A stretch of DNA of 64,000 nt from positions 7,328,001 through 7,392,000 of the forward strand of contig CAVTTN010000002.1 of the NCBI GenBank assembly GCA_963737655.1, written 5' to 3'. A model generated the notes under the pieces. The model searched no databases and was not told the DNA's origin. It saw only the letters and a list, made by a program, of their open reading frames with translations. A program made the position numbers and the translations under genes. Below are positions 37,371-47,598 of the stretch, one piece after another. Positions within the stretch are counted from its first letter, which is position 1. Every line of letters starts with the position of its first letter. Origin of the DNA: an uncultured Planctomycetota bacterium. Lineage in GTDB: Bacteria; Planctomycetota; Planctomycetia; Isosphaerales; Isosphaeraceae.

Positions 37371-38048
37371 ATGAGCCTCACGAGTTACGGCGTCGAGACC
37401 GTCGTCTCGGCCCCCCTGGAACAGAACGCGTTCATCGTCTGGCGGAGGGACTCGACCGAGGCCGTGGTGGTCGATCCGGGGTTCGACGTGGGCGCGATCC
37501 TCGGCACGCTCGTCCGCCACTCGCTGCGGGTCGTCGCGATCCTGAACACCCACGGCCATTACGACCACATCGCCGGCAATGCCCGGCTCAAGCAGGTGGT
37601 GCCCAAGGCCCCCCTGATCATCGGCAAGAACGAGGCGTCCCTCCTGGGCGATCCGGCGGCGAACCTCAGCGCCCCGTTCGGCCTGCCCCAGACCAGCCCG
37701 GCGGCCGACCGCCTGGTCGAGGACGGCGAGAGGCTCCAGGTCGCCGGCTTCTCGTTCCTGGTCCGGGAGATCCCCGGCCACAGCCCCGGCTCGGTCGTCT
37801 TCATCGCCGACGGCGAGGCCCCGCCGTTCGTCCTGGGCGGAGACGTCCTGTTCGCCGGGTCGGTCGGCCGGGTCGATTTCCCGGGCGGAAGCGGCGCGAC
37901 CCTGCTCCGCGGCATCCGAACGAAACTCCTGACCCTCCCCCAGGAGACGATCGTCTTCCCCGGCCACGGACCGGCCACCACGATTGGCGAGGAAATGCGA
38001 ACCAATCCGTTCCTCTCCGGCGGACCGGGCCGGATAAACCTGGAGTGA
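37371..38048 (+). CDS. Metallo-beta-lactamase-fold hydrolase (glyoxalase II-like)
   Basis: THGHYDHIAG, PGHSPGS, GDVLFAGSVGRVDFPGG, PGHGPATTIGEE. Confidence 0.9.
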   Translation: MSLTSYGVETVVSAPLEQNAFIVWRRDSTEAVVVDPGFDVGAILGTLVRHSLRVVAILNTHGHYDHIAGNARLKQVVPKAPLIIGKNEASLLGDPAANLSAPFGLPQTSPAADRLVEDGERLQVAGFSFLVREIPGHSPGSVVFIADGEAPPFVLGGDVLFAGSVGRVDFPGGSGATLLRGIRTKLLTLPQETIVFPGHGPATTIGEEMRTNPFLSGGPGRINLE

Positions 38049-38190
38049 CCGTCCCGAGCGGGTCGGCCGGATGAAATATCCGCATAATCGTTACAGGCGA
38101 CGCGCCGGATGGCCGATCAAGGAAAGCGAGTGCCGGAATCCAGATGGCGTAGTCATGGCCGATCGCCGGCATCGGATGGGGGGATGTCCG

Positions 38191-39864
38191 ATGAAATTGA
38201 CGACGAGGCGGACCGCCGTGCCATGGTTGGCCGCAGTCCTGGCTCTGACGGGAGGGGTGGGCGTCTCCTGGGCGCAAGAGCCCGGGGCCACGCCTCCCGG
38301 AGGCCTTCCCCCGGTGCCCGACGCCGCCGCGCCTCCGGCCGCGCCCGCCCCGATGGTCGTGGCGCCTCCGGGCTCGCGGGAAGCCCAGCTGGAAGATCGG
38401 GTCCGGCAACTGGAAACGATGGTCCAGCAGCTTTCGACCCGCGTCAATGCGCCGGCGACGCCCGCCGCGCCGGGAGCGGCGGCCGGGGGCAACGCGACGA
38501 CGCCCGGACTGGCCGTGCGCCGGCCGCCACCAACAACCCGCCGGAAGTCACCGGCGCCGCCGGCAACACCGGGGCGATCCGGGGCGGGGCGGCCAGCCCT
38601 CCGCCGGCCGGGCCGCCGCCGACCGCCCGGTTCAACATGCCGGCGCCGGCCCCGAACCTCCCGATGAAGGCCAAGTTCGGGCCCGGATTCGCGTTCTCCA
38701 CCGAGGACGACGAGTACCAGTTCCAGTTCCACGACCTCACCCAGCTCGACTATCGCGGCTACACCCAGGGCGGGCAAAATCCGGTCCACGACACCTTCGT
38801 CATGCCCCGGCAGTGGTGGATCTTCTCCGGCCGACTGACCAAGCCCTTCGAGTACTTCCTCGTCCCGCAGTTCTCCGCAGACACCGTCAATTTGCTCGAC
38901 GCGTTCCTGAACATCCACTACGACGACCGGCTCCAGTTCAAGATCGGCCGCTACAAGACGCCCTTCACCTATGAGTTCTACAACGGCCCGATCAACGGCC
39001 TGATCAACCCCGAGCGGTCGTTGTTCTTCAACAACTTCGCCCTGAATCGCCAGTTGGGGATCATGGCCTGGGGCCAGCTCTTCCAGAAGCGGCTGGACTA
39101 CGCCGCCGGCATCTTCAACGGGGCCCGCAACGGCTACGTGAATACCAGCGACGCCGCGGCCATGGCCGCGTTCGTCAACTGGCGGCCGTTCGGCGACGAA
39201 GAGAACACGCTCCTGGAGAACTTCAACATCGGGGCCTCGGTCTACGCCGGCAGCGAGATCAACGCGCCCCTGCCGGCCGTCTTGAGGACCAACGTGGCCA
39301 CCTCCGGCAACACGGTCGTCGGCCCGGCCTTCCTGGCCTTCAACGCCAACGCGCGGGAGTCCGGCCCCCGGGCATTCTGGTCGCCCCACGTCGCCTGGTA
39401 TTACAACCACCTCTCGCTGATCGGCGAGTACCAGGCGGGCTATCAGGATTACGCGATGGCGTCCTCGCTGAACAACCGGACCCGCGTCGGCGTCCAGGGC
39501 TTCTACGGCCAGGCCGGCTACTTCCTCACGGGCGAGACCGTCTCGGGCCGAGGCCAGGTCAAGCCCCTCCATCCCTTCGACATCCGCAAGGGCAAGCACG
39601 GAACCGGGGCCATCGAGACTCGCCGGCCGGTACAGCTACCTCGACCTCGGCAATCAGGTCTTCACCGCCGGCCTCGCCGATCCGAACAACTGGAGCAACC
39701 GGGTCTACCTGATCGATGCCGGCGTGAACTGGTACTTGACCCAGTACGTCAAGATCTACGTCGGCTGGCAGCACGCCGAATTCGGCGACCCGGTCCTCTA
39801 CGCACCCGGCAAGCGGCAGCTCACCAACGACATGCTCTGGGCCCGATTCCAGATCTACTTCTGA
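38191..39864 (+). CDS. OprO/OprP-family porin (apparent frameshifts at ~38520 and ~39620)
   Basis: Signal peptide and coiled LEDRVRQLE; NLLDAFLN, KIGRYKTPF, PERSLF, YGQAGYFLTGE, GVNWYL; C-terminal ARFQIYF beta-signal. Confidence 0.8.
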
Positions 39865-40103
39865 CCCGGGGAGGCCCACCGCGGCGGACACTCGCCCCGC
39901 GACGATCGACCGGCCCGGCGATCCCCCCTCGCCCGGCTCGCGATCGTCGCGGGGCGGCGTCGCGCCCCGGCCGAGAATTCGCCGAGCCCTCGGGGCCAGA
40001 GGGTTGCGAACCCCGACCCGATCCGCGACCATCGCCGTCCTGGCGAGGGACCCGCAATGCGGCCGGTCTCTCGAACCCGCGAGACCTCCCGGAGACGGGC
40101 ATC

Positions 40104-40742
40104 ATGAACACGACACACCGAGGGTCGGACCGCCGACCGGCCTGGACCCGCCGCCAGGTGGCCGCCGCCTGCCTCGCCTGCGCGGCGGCGGGCGCCCTGC
40201 TCTCCGAAACCTGGAAGCATCCCGCCGCGGTCGCCGACACCCCCGCGCACGCCCCGGCCGCCGCGAGCGTGAAGGCCCCGGTCGAGGAAGTCCTCCACTG
40301 CGCCCTGGCCTTCGCCGGGGTCCACCTCCAGAAGGACCTCCCCGAGCGATCGGCCGTCGCCTACCACTACTGCAAGCCCGTCAACGACGACGTCGCCCAG
40401 TGCCTCCTCTACGACGGCAAGGGGCCCGACGCGAAGCTGATCGGCGTCGAGTACCTCGTCAGCGATGCCCTGTTCCGGAAGCTCCCGGAGGACGAGAAGT
40501 CCTACTGGCACGACCACGAATTCGAGGTCGATTCCGGCCTGATCCGCAGCCTCACGCAGTCCGGGGCCGACGAGAAGGCCACCCTGGCCAAGGTGCGGAC
40601 CCTCCACGGCAAGATCTTCCACACCTGGAGCTCGGGCAAGGACTACCCCCGAGGCCCCGCCCGGGTCTTCTGGGCCGTCACCGGGAAAGACCCCTTCACC
40701 CTCCCCGACGACGTCAAGCTGCCGCCCGAGATCAAGAAGTAA
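40104..40742 (+). CDS. DUF1264 / oil-body-associated-protein family protein with Tat-like leader
   Basis: AYHYCKPVNDDVAQCLLYDG, LIGVEYLVS, EKSYWHDHEFEVDSG, HGKIFHTW. Confidence 0.85.
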   Translation: MNTTHRGSDRRPAWTRRQVAAACLACAAAGALLSETWKHPAAVADTPAHAPAAASVKAPVEEVLHCALAFAGVHLQKDLPERSAVAYHYCKPVNDDVAQCLLYDGKGPDAKLIGVEYLVSDALFRKLPEDEKSYWHDHEFEVDSGLIRSLTQSGADEKATLAKVRTLHGKIFHTWSSGKDYPRGPARVFWAVTGKDPFTLPDDVKLPPEIKK

Positions 40743-40759
40743 CGGAAGCCCACACCCCT

Positions 40760-40842
40760 GTCGGTTGCATGAAAGGCACCAATCCGTCACGGTTGCGGAC
40801 TTCGCCCGCGTTCGTCGGATTGGTGCCTTTCATGCACCCGAC
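40760..40842. repeat. REPIN related to the 16546/16656 family
   Basis: gtcggttgcatgaaaggcaccaatccg vs reverse complement of 40816-40842; 26/27 identical. Confidence 0.8.
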
Positions 40843-41330
40843 TGGTGAATCCAGTCATAGAACGCGCGGTCGTGGAACAGCCCCGACGGGCCGGCGTCGG
40901 GGCAGAACCAGGCGTGATGGGCGTTGTACTGGAACGAATTCGGGACGATTTGCCCCGAGTCGTCCACGGCGAACGCCCCGACCACGTCCGACGGCGGAGG
41001 GTCTTGCTCCGGGTCGGTGGCGTTCCTCGGATCGACGATGTAGAGCCATTTCCCGGGGATCGTCCGCGCGTGCTCGATGACCTTCCCGGACCGGCTCGGG
41101 TCGCCGTTCATGTACTCGACGAACGCCGCGATGAACCCCTCGTGGGGCTCGAACGACTCGACGTCGAACTCCCCCGGCGACGGCGCCTCGAACTCGCCGA
41201 CGATCGCCCGGTCGTCGATCCCCTCGGCCCCGGCCCGGACCGGCTCGACGAAGCCGACGAAGTTCTTGACGCCCTCCTCGGTCTCGACCTCGAAGATCGT
41301 CAGCAGCGGCAAGGCGTCATCGTCGGACAT
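40830..41330 (-). CDS. Hypothetical acidic protein
   Basis: WLYIVDPRN...PPSDVVGAFAVDDSGQIVPNSFQYN; last codons read through the REPIN arm. Confidence 0.7.
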   Translation of the reverse strand: MSDDDALPLLTIFEVETEEGVKNFVGFVEPVRAGAEGIDDRAIVGEFEAPSPGEFDVESFEPHEGFIAAFVEYMNGDPSRSGKVIEHARTIPGKWLYIVDPRNATDPEQDPPPSDVVGAFAVDDSGQIVPNSFQYNAHHAWFCPDAGPSGLFHDRAFYDWIHQSGA

Positions 41331-41412
41331 CGCGGGGGACCTCAAAGCGAAGCGAAGACCGGGCCGGTTCGGTCCCCCAGTATAGCAAACGCCGGCCCGG
41401 AACCCGGCCGAT

Positions 41413-42486
41413 TCACGACCGGGGGGCCGTCGCCACGAACCCGTGGAACACGCCGTTGGCGTCGGAGTAGAACCCGGTGATCTCGCCGGAGTTCGTGATC
41501 CCGGTGATCTGCGTGACCTCCACCCCGCCGCTGAACGCCTCGCTCGGGTCGTCGAGGAACGTGTACGCGCCGGTATGGGTGTTGTAGAGGAATCCGTGCT
41601 GGCTCGTCGTCGAGTCGCCGTAATAGCCCACGGCGATCCCCCGGTCGTTGATCCCCAGGACCTGCGAGAACACGAACGTGGCCCCCGGCTCGCCCGGGAC
41701 GTTCGGGATCGTCGGGTCGGCGATCGCGGTGCCCGTGACGGCCCCTCCGCGGCTCCCCTTCACGCTCGCCTGGAAGCCGTGGACCTGCCCATCGTTCCCC
41801 TGATAGAAGCCGACGACCAGCCCTTGATTGTTGATCCCCTGGGCGTTCACGACGTTCGGGCCCGACGGGGCGTTGATCGTGACGGTCGCCTTCGCGTTGA
41901 CCAGGGCGAACCCCGGGGTCGCGTCGGCCGTGGTGTCCTGGCCGACGATCTGCCCGCGATCGTTCACGCCGAAGGCCGTCGCCGACGTCCCCCCGCCCGG
42001 GATGAAGGTCTTCAGCCCCTTCCCGCCCAGGAAGAACGCGTTGCCGTTGCCGTCGGTGCCCACGACCACGCCCGAGGAGTTCGTCCCGAACGCCATCGCC
42101 GCCGTCGAGCCGTTCAGGTTCAGGCTCCGGACCGCCCGGGACCTCAGCGGGTTGACCGTGAAATTGGCGAAATTCCCGCCGTTGATCGCGAAGCCGACGG
42201 ACTGGCCCGAGTTCGCGATCCCGTTCTGATTGGTCCCCTCGCCCGCGGCCGTGCCGGCGCCCGGGGCGTCGAAGTTCGTGAACGTGAACCCGCCGGCCGA
42301 GGCCGAGCCGATCACCGAGACCATCGGCCCCTGGGGCTTCTTCGACGCCCGGTGCCCCTCCTGATGGACGACAAGGGCCGAGGCCGGGACATCGTGGGGA
42401 TGGGGCATCGCCCCATTCAGCAGCGCGCGGCCCTCCAGGGGGACGAGCAAGGGGCGGACGTCTCGGGACCGATTCCTTGCAATCAT
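41413..42486 (-). CDS. Extracellular repeat (HAF-like) protein with planctomycete LEGR-LL N-terminal motif
   Basis: LVPLEGRALL; repeats AFGVNDRGQIVG, AQGINNQGLVVGFY, LGINDRGIAVGYY, HGF. Confidence 0.8.
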   Translation of the reverse strand: MIARNRSRDVRPLLVPLEGRALLNGAMPHPHDVPASALVVHQEGHRASKKPQGPMVSVIGSASAGGFTFTNFDAPGAGTAAGEGTNQNGIANSGQSVGFAINGGNFANFTVNPLRSRAVRSLNLNGSTAAMAFGTNSSGVVVGTDGNGNAFFLGGKGLKTFIPGGGTSATAFGVNDRGQIVGQDTTADATPGFALVNAKATVTINAPSGPNVVNAQGINNQGLVVGFYQGNDGQVHGFQASVKGSRGGAVTGTAIADPTIPNVPGEPGATFVFSQVLGINDRGIAVGYYGDSTTSQHGFLYNTHTGAYTFLDDPSEAFSGGVEVTQITGITNSGEITGFYSDANGVFHGFVATAPRS

Positions 42487-42817
42487 GGTGCCATCTCCCG
42501 GTTCAAGGAGTCTCTGGGAACAGAATCACGGTGATGCGACCGGGCCGAGAGGCCGCCCTCCTCGGCGATCAGGACGAACCGTCTCCCCGGCGGCCGACGC
42601 GACCGATCGGCCTCCGCCTCCGACCCGGAGGTCGCCGAGGGATTCACTCCGGCCCCGAAGCCTCCTCGGCGCCGCCCCGCAACGGCCGGGCAGCGACCCC
42701 GGCCACCGTCTTCATGGCCGTCGGGACCGACGCCGGACAGGGTTCGCGAGAAATCCCGCGCGGATTTGGACGATCCCGCACCGATCCGCGCGGCCCGCCC
42801 GATCGCGGCCGGTTGGA

Positions 42818-44221
42818 TCAGAGGATGTACCGGCTGAGGTCCTCGTCCTTCGCCAGGCTCTCGAGCCGGTCGCGGACGTACTGCGCGTCGATCTTGATCG
42901 GGCCCGAGGCGGCGTCGGGGGCGTCGAAGCTGATCCCCTCGACGACCCGTTCCAGAATCGTATGGAGGCGCCTGGCCCCGATGTTCTGCGTCGATCGGTT
43001 GACGTGATACGCCAGGTCGGCCATCGCGTCGATGGCGTCGTCGGTGAAGGCAAGCTCCACGCCGTCGGTCGCGAGCAAGGCCTCATACTGCCGGATCAGG
43101 GAGGCCCGGGGCTCCCGCAAGATCCTCACGAAATCGTCTCGCGTGAGGTCGCTGAGCTCGACCCGGATCGGGAACCGGCCCTGGAGCTCGGGCATCAGGT
43201 CGCTGGGCTTCGACCGGTGGAACGCGCCGGCGGCCAGGAACAGCACGTAATCGGTCTTCACAGGTCCATATTTGGTGGCGACCGTCGTCCCCTCGACGAT
43301 CGGCAGCAGGTCGCGCTGGACGCCCTGCCGGGAGACGTCGGGCCCCTTGCCGCCGCCCCCCTCGTCCCCGGCGATCTTGTCGATCTCGTCGAGGAAGATC
43401 ATCCCCGATTCCTCGGCGAGCGAGACGGCCTGGCGGTGGACCTTCTCGGGGTCGATCAGGGCCTCGGCCTCCTGGGCTTCGAGGATCGGCCGGGCGTCCT
43501 TCACGGCGAGTCGGCGGGTCTGCGATGGCCGGGGCATGAGCTTCTCGAAGACGCCCTGGAGCTCCATCTCCATCTGCTCCATGTTCCCCGCGCCCAGGAT
43601 CGACACCGGCGCCGCGGACTTGCCCGGCAGGGTGATCTCGACCTCGCGATCCTCCAGCTCGCCCGAATCCAGCCGCGTCTTCATCTTCTCGCGAGAGCGC
43701 AGGCGGCGCTCGGCGGCCTCCTCGGCCTCGGGCGTGTCGGACGGCCCATACGACGGCGGGGAGGGCGGCAAGAGGAGGTCGAGCAAGCGGTCCGAGGCCC
43801 GCGATTTCGCCTCGGCGGCCACCCGCTCGCGCTCGCCGGCCTTCACCAAGACAATCGCCGCTTCCACCAGGTCGCGGACCATGCTCTCCACGTCCCGGCC
43901 GTAGTAGCCGACCTCGGTGTATTTGGTCGCCTCGACCTTGAGGAACGGGGCCCCGACGAGCCTGGCCAGCCTCCGGGCGATCTCGGTCTTGCCGACGCCG
44001 GTCGGGCCGATCATGAGGATATTTTTGGGGATCACCTGAGACCGGAGCTCGTCCGGGAGGCGTTTGCGGCGCCATCGGTTGCGCAAGGCGATCGCCACGG
44101 CCTTCTTGGCGTCGTTCTGGCCGACGATGTCCCGGTCCAGCTCGGCCACGATCTCGCGGGGGGTCAATTCGCGCAAGGGAGCCTCGCCCGGTGCGGGTCG
44201 AACGACGGATTCCCCGCTCAT
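42818..44221 (-). CDS. hslU: ATP-dependent protease ATPase subunit HslU
   Basis: [67 protein letters not shown]. Confidence 0.97.
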   Translation of the reverse strand: MSGESVVRPAPGEAPLRELTPREIVAELDRDIVGQNDAKKAVAIALRNRWRRKRLPDELRSQVIPKNILMIGPTGVGKTEIARRLARLVGAPFLKVEATKYTEVGYYGRDVESMVRDLVEAAIVLVKAGERERVAAEAKSRASDRLLDLLLPPSPPSYGPSDTPEAEEAAERRLRSREKMKTRLDSGELEDREVEITLPGKSAAPVSILGAGNMEQMEMELQGVFEKLMPRPSQTRRLAVKDARPILEAQEAEALIDPEKVHRQAVSLAEESGMIFLDEIDKIAGDEGGGGKGPDVSRQGVQRDLLPIVEGTTVATKYGPVKTDYVLFLAAGAFHRSKPSDLMPELQGRFPIRVELSDLTRDDFVRILREPRASLIRQYEALLATDGVELAFTDDAIDAMADLAYHVNRSTQNIGARRLHTILERVVEGISFDAPDAASGPIKIDAQYVRDRLESLAKDEDLSRYIL

Positions 44222-44760
44222 TTCAGGGAATCCAGTTCTTCCACGGTCAAATTTCCATTGGTATAGATGTCGATTTCCCCGGCGATGCGGAGCGACTGGC
44301 GGACGATCTCCCCGGCCGGAAGCTCGGTGTGGGCGATCAGGGCCCGGGCCGCCGCCAGGGCGTAGCCGCCGCCGGAGCCGGCGGTCAGGATGCCGTCGGT
44401 CGGCTGGATCACGTCGCCCGTGCCGCTGACCAGCAGGCTATGCCGCGAATCCGCCACCACCAGCAACGCTTCCAGCCTCCTCAGGGCCCGATCGGTCCGC
44501 CAGAGCTTGGCGAGCTCGGTGGCGGCTCGCGGGACGTTGTTCGGATAGTCCTTGAGCTTCCCCTCGAACCGCTCCAGGAGGGCGAACCCATCGGCCGCGC
44601 TGCCGGCGAAGCCGACGAGCACCTGGCCATCCAGGAGCTTGCGGACCTTCACCGCGTCGGCCTTCATGACCGTGGTGCCCAGCGTCACCTGGCCATCGCC
44701 GCCCACGGCCACCTTGCCCCCTCGGCGGACCGAGAGGATCGTCGTCGCATGCCAGTCCAC
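44218..44760 (-). CDS. hslV: ATP-dependent protease subunit HslV
   Basis: [45 protein letters not shown]. Confidence 0.97.
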   Translation of the reverse strand: MDWHATTILSVRRGGKVAVGGDGQVTLGTTVMKADAVKVRKLLDGQVLVGFAGSAADGFALLERFEGKLKDYPNNVPRAATELAKLWRTDRALRRLEALLVVADSRHSLLVSGTGDVIQPTDGILTAGSGGGYALAAARALIAHTELPAGEIVRQSLRIAGEIDIYTNGNLTVEELDSLK

Positions 44761-45029
44761 GCCCGCCCCCCGCCCTCGGCCCGAAGAATCGTCGGCGAAC
44801 CCGCCCCCTGAAGGATAGCCACGAGGCCCCGAGGTTGCCAGGGGAGGCCATCGAGCCGGGGATGTGAACCTCGGTAGAATGCATTGGATGCGTGATCTGT
44901 GACGAGCCAGGAAAGCGGCGTCGGCTGGTAAACTTGAGGGTCGAGCCGCTCGGGGACGATAGAGAGCCTCATGGACGGGGCGAGGTCGCCCCGAGGATTC
45001 CTGTCGAACGAGGCGAGCAGGAGGCCGCG

Positions 45030-46046
45030 ATGAGTCAGCGAACGATGGGGGCCGCGATCATTTTCCTCGCGGCGGCGGCCGGGACCGTGGAGACGGCCCG
45101 GGCCCAGAGCTGGGCGGACAACCTGTTCGTCGAGCACGGCCACGACTTCGGCCCGGTGCCTCGCGGGGCCGTGGTTCGCCACGACTTCGTGATGACCAAC
45201 CGGCTGAAGGAGCCGCTGACGATCCTGGACGTTCGGGCCTCGTGCGGCTGCACGTCGGGCCGGGCGTCGGCGACTCAGCTCGCGCCGGGCCAGTCGGCCA
45301 GGGTCGAGGCGCAGATGGACACGAGGAACTTCGTCGGCCGGAAGGCCACGAAGCTGATCATCACGATCATGACGGCCTCGGGGCAGTCGGCCGAGGCGCA
45401 GGTCGCGGTGGTCTCGAACATCCTGCCGGACATCGTCCTGAACCCCGGGACGATCGACTTCGGCTCGCTCGCCAAGGGCCAATCGCCCAGGCTCTCGATG
45501 ACCATCGAGCGGCTCGGCTCGCCCGAGTGGCGGTTCACCAGGATGACGGCGACCGGCTCGCTTCTCAAGTCGGTCGACGCTCGGCTCGACGAGCTGGAGC
45601 GGAGCCCTTCGCGGGTGGCCTATCAGCTCACGGTGACGCTCAAGCCGACGGCCTCGGCCGGCTATCTCCGCGACGACATCCGCATCCTCACCAATGATCC
45701 CGAGAGCCCGATGGTTCCGGTGCTCGTCACGGCGCAGATCCAGGGGACGCTCACGGCCTCGCCCAGCACCCTGGCGATGGGCCGGGCTTCCGGAGGGGCC
45801 GCCCAGGGCCGCTTCCTGATCCGGAGCACGAAGCCATTCGCGATCAAGAATCTCGAAGGCTCCGGCGACGGCTTCACGATCACCGCCGACGACGCCGCGA
45901 GCAAGCCTCTCCACATCGTGACGGTGACCTACCACACCACGGAGACCTCCATGCGAGGCGACCTCCGAAGGACGTTCCAGGTCACCTCCGACCTCGCCGA
46001 CGAGCCGCCCCTTCAACTCAACGCCACGCTCCGGGTCGATCCGTAA
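45030..46046 (+). CDS. DUF1573 (Ig-like) domain secreted protein
   Basis: Signal peptide; [23 protein letters not shown]. Confidence 0.85.
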   Translation: MSQRTMGAAIIFLAAAAGTVETARAQSWADNLFVEHGHDFGPVPRGAVVRHDFVMTNRLKEPLTILDVRASCGCTSGRASATQLAPGQSARVEAQMDTRNFVGRKATKLIITIMTASGQSAEAQVAVVSNILPDIVLNPGTIDFGSLAKGQSPRLSMTIERLGSPEWRFTRMTATGSLLKSVDARLDELERSPSRVAYQLTVTLKPTASAGYLRDDIRILTNDPESPMVPVLVTAQIQGTLTASPSTLAMGRASGGAAQGRFLIRSTKPFAIKNLEGSGDGFTITADDAASKPLHIVTVTYHTTETSMRGDLRRTFQVTSDLADEPPLQLNATLRVDP

Positions 46047-46052
46047 GGCGGT

Positions 46053-46283
46053 TTACGAACCGATTGCGCGCGACGGGTCTCGTAGGGCCGGCCTCGGCAT
46101 ACCGTCTTCACGGGTCGCTTTACTCTGGGACGTGAAGGGGATGCCGGCGTCGGCCAACGCTTCCAGGGCCGCTTCGGGCACCAGATGTTCCCCGGACTTC
46201 AGGACTCGTCCCGAGAAGCGGCCCAGAAGGAAGGCCAAGGCCCGTTTCTCGGCCTCGCGATCGGAGAACTTGATGGTCACCAA
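46053..46283 (-). CDS. Small hypothetical protein, C-terminus possibly altered by a REP
   Basis: Globular-looking TIKFSDREAEKRALAFLLGRFSGRVLKSGEHLVPEAALEAL; tail overlaps a degenerate GTAG REP at 46081-46103. Confidence 0.55.
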   Translation of the reverse strand: MVTIKFSDREAEKRALAFLLGRFSGRVLKSGEHLVPEAALEALADAGIPFTSQSKATREDGMPRPALRDPSRAIGS

Positions 46284-46429
46284 GGTCGGATTGCCTCCCC
46301 TCGCCAGTAGAACAGGCCGCTACGATCGATGCAAGGTCGGGCTGGCGGAGGGCCAGGGGCGGCGAGAAACCGGCCTCGGCCCTCCCCTCGGATCACCGCG
46401 GGGAGGGCCTGGGAGTTCTTGCCGACCGA

Positions 46430-47449
46430 TCAATCGCCCACGACGATGATCGCGAACGAATTGGGCACGAAGTTGCGGCGGCCCTTGGTCTGGGCCTGGC
46501 CCGCGCCGGCGGCCGGGGCGGGGCCGGCGGTGGCGGCCGAGAGGTAGAGCCGGTGCGTCCTGGGGTCGAGCGTCATCGTCCGGGCGCTGGCCTGGGTGGG
46601 GATGGTCGCGACCGCCGAGAACTCGCCCGGCTTCGTCTCCTTCACGACGGTGACCGTCCCGTCGCCGCCGTTCGAGCTGTAGGCGAGGCCCTTGCCCGGG
46701 TCGAACCCGGCGCCGTCGCAGCCCTTGCCGATCTCGGCCGAGCCGATCACCGTGCCCTTGTCGGCGTCCATGACGATCATCTTTTGATTGCCGCAGGCGC
46801 TGAAGAGCCGGCGGTTCTTCGCGTCCAGGGCCAGGCCGGTCGGCCTCGTCCCGGGGGCGAGCGGCCATCGGTGGAGGATTTTGAGGGTCTTCGCGTCGAA
46901 CTCGGCGACCTCGCTCGTGCTCCGCAGGTTGACGAAGATGTGGCCCTGGCCGTCGGCCACGGCACCTTCGGGCTCGCCCTCGAACGCGAGCGTCCCGACG
47001 ACGGTATCGCTGGCCGGGTCGATGGCCGTCGTGTCGTCGGTCCGGTGGTTGAACGTGAAGACGCGCTTGCTGGCCGGGTCGTACAGGATCGCGTCGGGGA
47101 CGCCGTTGGCCTTGATCTTGCCGGTGGGCTTCAACGTCTTGAGGTCGAAGACGGTGACGGTGCTGTCCGACCCGTTGCTGGTGAAGCCCTTGTTGAGCTC
47201 GGGGACGACGGCGATCCCGTGGATGCCCGGGGTGTCGGGCAGCTCGCCGACGACCTTCTCGGTCTCCAGGTCCACCACCACGACGCGGTTCCCCCGGGAG
47301 ACGTACAGCCGCCTCGCCTCGGGATCGACGGTCAGGTAATCCCAGCCCCCTTCGCCGCCCACGGCGATCTTGTGGACCTTCGGCGCGGGGGCTTCGGCCG
47401 CGGGGGCCTGCGCGATGGCCGAGCAGGCGATCAGGACGAGCGCATTCAT
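46430..47449 (-). CDS. YncE-family beta-propeller protein
   Basis: GGWDYLTVD, RRLYVSRG, GIHGIA, PDAILYDP, ARTMTLD. Confidence 0.88.
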   Translation of the reverse strand: MNALVLIACSAIAQAPAAEAPAPKVHKIAVGGEGGWDYLTVDPEARRLYVSRGNRVVVVDLETEKVVGELPDTPGIHGIAVVPELNKGFTSNGSDSTVTVFDLKTLKPTGKIKANGVPDAILYDPASKRVFTFNHRTDDTTAIDPASDTVVGTLAFEGEPEGAVADGQGHIFVNLRSTSEVAEFDAKTLKILHRWPLAPGTRPTGLALDAKNRRLFSACGNQKMIVMDADKGTVIGSAEIGKGCDGAGFDPGKGLAYSSNGGDGTVTVVKETKPGEFSAVATIPTQASARTMTLDPRTHRLYLSAATAGPAPAAGAGQAQTKGRRNFVPNSFAIIVVGD

Positions 47450-47555
47450 CGGGGTCGGTCCTCGGAGGGTGGATCGGGAGGCGTCGCCGGCGCGATCCTA
47501 ACCGATCGGCCCGAGGAAAGGGCGTCGTCCTCGACGATTTCGGCGCCGAATCCGA

Positions 47556-47587
47556 GGGGCATGCTCACGAACCCGCGAGCATGCCCC
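47556..47587. repeat. Single GCATG-type REP-like hairpin
   Basis: ggggcatgctcacg-aacc-cgcgagcatgcccc. Confidence 0.6.
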
Positions 47588-47598
47588 CCGAGGACGCC

